From the human T2T-CHM13v2.0 reference genome, Homo sapiens, in the NCBI RefSeq assembly GCF_009914755.1, contig NC_060934.1: 64,000 nt of DNA. The stretch is one strand, 5' to 3'. Of the stretch, positions 58,759 through 64,000 are shown piece by piece; within the stretch, counting starts at the first letter, position 1, and each line of letters begins with the position of its first letter. The position numbers and the translations under genes were made by a program. The notes under the pieces were generated by a model that made no database searches, was not told the origin of the DNA, and was given only the letters and a program-made list of their open reading frames with translations.

Positions 58759-59068
58759 GGCCGGGTGTGGTGGCTCACGCCTGTAATCCCAGCATTTTGG
58801 GAGGCCGAGGCGGGCGGATCACGAGGTCAGGAGATCGAGACCATCCTGGCTAACACGGTGAAACCCCTCTCTACTAAAAATACAAAAAATTAGCTGGGCG
58901 AGGTGGCAGGCGCGTGTAGTCCCAGCTACTCAGGAGGCTGAGGCAGGAGAATGGCGTGAACACCGGGAGGTAGAGCCTGCAGTGAGCCGAGATTGTGCCA
59001 CTGCACTCCAGCCTGGGTGACAGAGCAAGACTCCAGCTCAAAAAAAAAAAAAACAACAACAACAACAA
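58759..59068 (+). mobile_element. AluY
   Basis: GGATCACGAGGTCAGGAGATCGAGACCATCCTGGCTAACACGGTG diagnostic and TSD AAACGAATGGATAG. Confidence 0.9.
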
Positions 59069-59664
59069 ACGAATGGATAGCCAACAAGCACATGAAAAGT
59101 TGTACAACGTCGGCCAGGAACGTGGCTCATGCCTGTAGTCCCAGCACTTTGGGAGGCTGAGGCAGGCAGATCACCTGAGGTCAGGAGTTCAAGACCAGCC
59201 TGGCCAACATAGTGAAACCCCGTCTCTACTAAAAATATAAAAATTAACCAGGCATGGTGGCAGGCGCCTGTAATCCCAGCTGCTGGGGAGGCTGAGGCAG
59301 GAGAATCACTTGAACCTGGGAGGCGGAGGTTTCAGTGAGCTGAGATTGTGCCACTGTACTCCAGCCTGGGTGACAAGAAGTGAAACTCTGTCTCAAAAAA
59401 AAAATAAAATAAAATAAAAATAAAAGATGTTCAATATCACTCATCATCAGAGAACTGTAAATTAAAACTACAATGATACACCTCTTAATACTATAAAAAA
59501 AGAAAAAATAAATCAAACTACAATGAGATACATTACACCCTAGAGAATGTATACAAGTAAAAAACATACCGAGTGTTGAAAAGGATGTGAAGCAATTGGA
59601 GCTCTCAATCTCTTTGGAAAAGAGTGTGGTAGTTTTTTATAGTCAAACATATACTTAATATATA

Positions 59665-59958
59665 GAGTTGGCTCTCTATACCTGTGGGTTTTGTACCCAC
59701 AAATTCAACCAAACACAGAAAATATTTGAAAATAAATAAATAATACAAATTTTAAAAAGCAATACAACTATTTACATAGCATTTACATTGTATTATGTAC
59801 TATAATTAATCTAGAAATGATTTAAAGTATACAAAAGGATGTGTGTAGGTTAGATGCAAATACTATAGCACTTTATACAAAGGACTTGAGTATCCTTGAA
59901 TATTGGTATCTGTGGGGCTCCCGGAACCAATCCCCTCAGATATGGAGGGACAACTGTA
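59665..59958. mobile_element. TcMar-Tigger MITE (MER2-like) inserted in old L1
   Basis: Degenerate TIRs GAGTTGGCTCTCTATACCTGTGGG / CCTCAGATATGGAGGGACAACTG flanked by TA. Confidence 0.6.
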
Positions 59959-60298
59959 CAACCCAGCAATCCTACTCCTATGTATTTATCTGAGAGAAAT
60001 GAAAACTTTACTGACCAGATGCCGTGGTTTGTGCCCATAACCCCAGCACTTTGGGAGGCTGAGGCAGGAGGAATGCTTGAGCCCAGGAGTTTGAGACCAG
60101 CCTCGCCAACACAGGGAGACCCCATCTCTACAAAAAATACAAAAATTAGCCAGGTACAGTGGTGCACACATGTAGTCCTAGCTAGTCAGGAGGCTGAGGT
60201 GGGAGGACGCTTGAGCCCAGGGGGCGGAGGCTGCAGTGAGCCAAGATCATACCACTGCACTGCACTCTAGCCTGGGCAAAAGAGTGAGACCCGGTCTC

Positions 60299-60330
<32 letters not shown>

Positions 60331-60931
60331 AGAAAAAGAAAAAGAAAACTTTGCTTCACAGCAAAACCTGTATGCAAATGTTTACAGGCTTTGTTCGTGA
60401 TGTTAAAAAATGAAACAGTCCAAATGTCCTTCAGCAGATGAAAGGATAAACGGATCATGGAACACCCACACCATGTAAAGCTGTTCAGCAGTGAAAGGAA
60501 CAAACTACTGATTCCCACCAAACATGGATGAATCGCAAACACGTGATGCTAAAGTGAAAGAAGCCAGGCTCAAGAGCTTATTTACTCTATCATTCCATTT
60601 CCATGATATCCTAGAAAAGGCAAAACCACAGCGATGGAAAAGAGATCAGTGACTCCCAGGTACCAGGGATGGGGAGGGTTTGGCTGCAGGGGAGCATGAG
60701 GTGATAAAAAGGTTCTGAGTCTTGTTGTGGTTGGTTATAAAAACATATGTTTGTCAGAACTCAACTATATACTAAAAAGGGTAAATTTTATATATATAAA
60801 TTATAACAATAAAATACATAAGGTCAAGGCATGGCAGAATCATCTGGGAGGCCTGCTAAAATCCACACTACCAGCCCCCGCCCTCACAGATTCTATTTTC
60901 ACAGCTCTGGAGTATTGCCCATAAATCTGCC

Positions 60932-61061
60932 TATGTTATGTTATGTTATGTTATGTTATGTTATGTTATGTTATGTTATGTTATGTTATGTTATGTTATG
61001 TTTTATGTTATGTTATGTTATGTTATGTTATGTTATGTTATGTTATGTTATGTTATGTTAT
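60932..61061 (+). repeat. (TTATG)~25 pentanucleotide repeat forming an Alu tail
   Basis: Direct reading, with one TT interruption at 61001-61002. Abuts the 3' end of a minus-strand Alu. Confidence 0.95.
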
Positions 61062-61988
<927 letters not shown>

Positions 61989-62584
61989 TGAATCTGCATT
62001 TTTAACCAGTACTCCTACAATCCTGATGTTGGTTACCCAGGACCTACCCTTTAGAAAATCCTGCAGGAGTGAAGGAACTGACAGAGGGACATTTGCCCAT
62101 GAAAGCAGTCCATGGGGGCTGTCCCCATTGTTTCTTTAACTCAAGACAGCCTAACAATGATGTAAATCTTAAATACAAAGGTAGATGTTCACCTCTGCTT
62201 TTTTTCCTCCTTTTCAAGGAACAGGGTGGGCTCACTGTGGTTCCAAGAAGACCTGGGAGGAGAGGCAGGTGTGTGGGTGGGAGAAGGCGGGAAGAGGGAG
62301 GTTCACATCATTGGCCTCGCTTAGTTCTCTCAGCCCTCCTCCTCATCCCCACCCCCATCCCTCGGGGCAGGCAGCAGGGTGGATGGGGAAAAGCAGGGCT
62401 GTGCCCTAGGCTGACCTATGAACTCTGCTCCCACTCCAAACAGCTGTGTCACCAGCAGGTCACCTACACTCAGCCTAGCTCCAGCAGCTATAAAACAGAG
62501 GAAAACTACTGCAAAAGCAAAGCAGGAGAGGAGGGAAGTTGAATACCCTTGTACAACAAAACACTTAAAAACATCAGATAAAAT

Positions 62585-64000
<1,416 letters not shown>

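Larger units (their letters stand above)
58400..60815 (+). mobile_element. Fragmented old L1 3' region heavily interrupted by Alus and a Tigger MITE
   Basis: L1 motifs GACCTTGGGTTAGGCAAAGA, AATGGGCAAAAGA, AATTAAAACTACAATGA and CCCAGCAATCCTACTCC. Confidence 0.65.

Overview
Alu-rich primate (human-like) genomic DNA lying entirely inside the minus-strand gene LRRC20 (leucine-rich repeat containing 20). Only two internal coding exons are present, 33532-33681 (150 nt) and 16834-17001 (168 nt), both phase 1-1 with canonical AG/GT ends. The rest is intron filled with Alu, L1, L2/MIR, LTR and DNA-transposon relics, and I see no CpG-island promoter, start exon or terminal exon. The most notable structure is a ~700-bp non-Alu inverted duplication (31461-32495 vs 33740-34442) that brackets the 150-nt exon and could fold the pre-mRNA into a long stem that loops the exon out, making it a candidate for exon skipping, circRNA formation or ADAR editing. 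Other points of interest are a perfect 25-bp-arm pre-miRNA-like hairpin (15885-15953), a 5'-truncated spliced HNRNPH1 retrocopy with TSDs (44608-45396), a strong CTCF motif, nested transposon stacks and a (TTATG)~25 Alu-tail repeat. Gene and repeat-family names come from recognition, not from a database search, and repeat coordinates are approximate.
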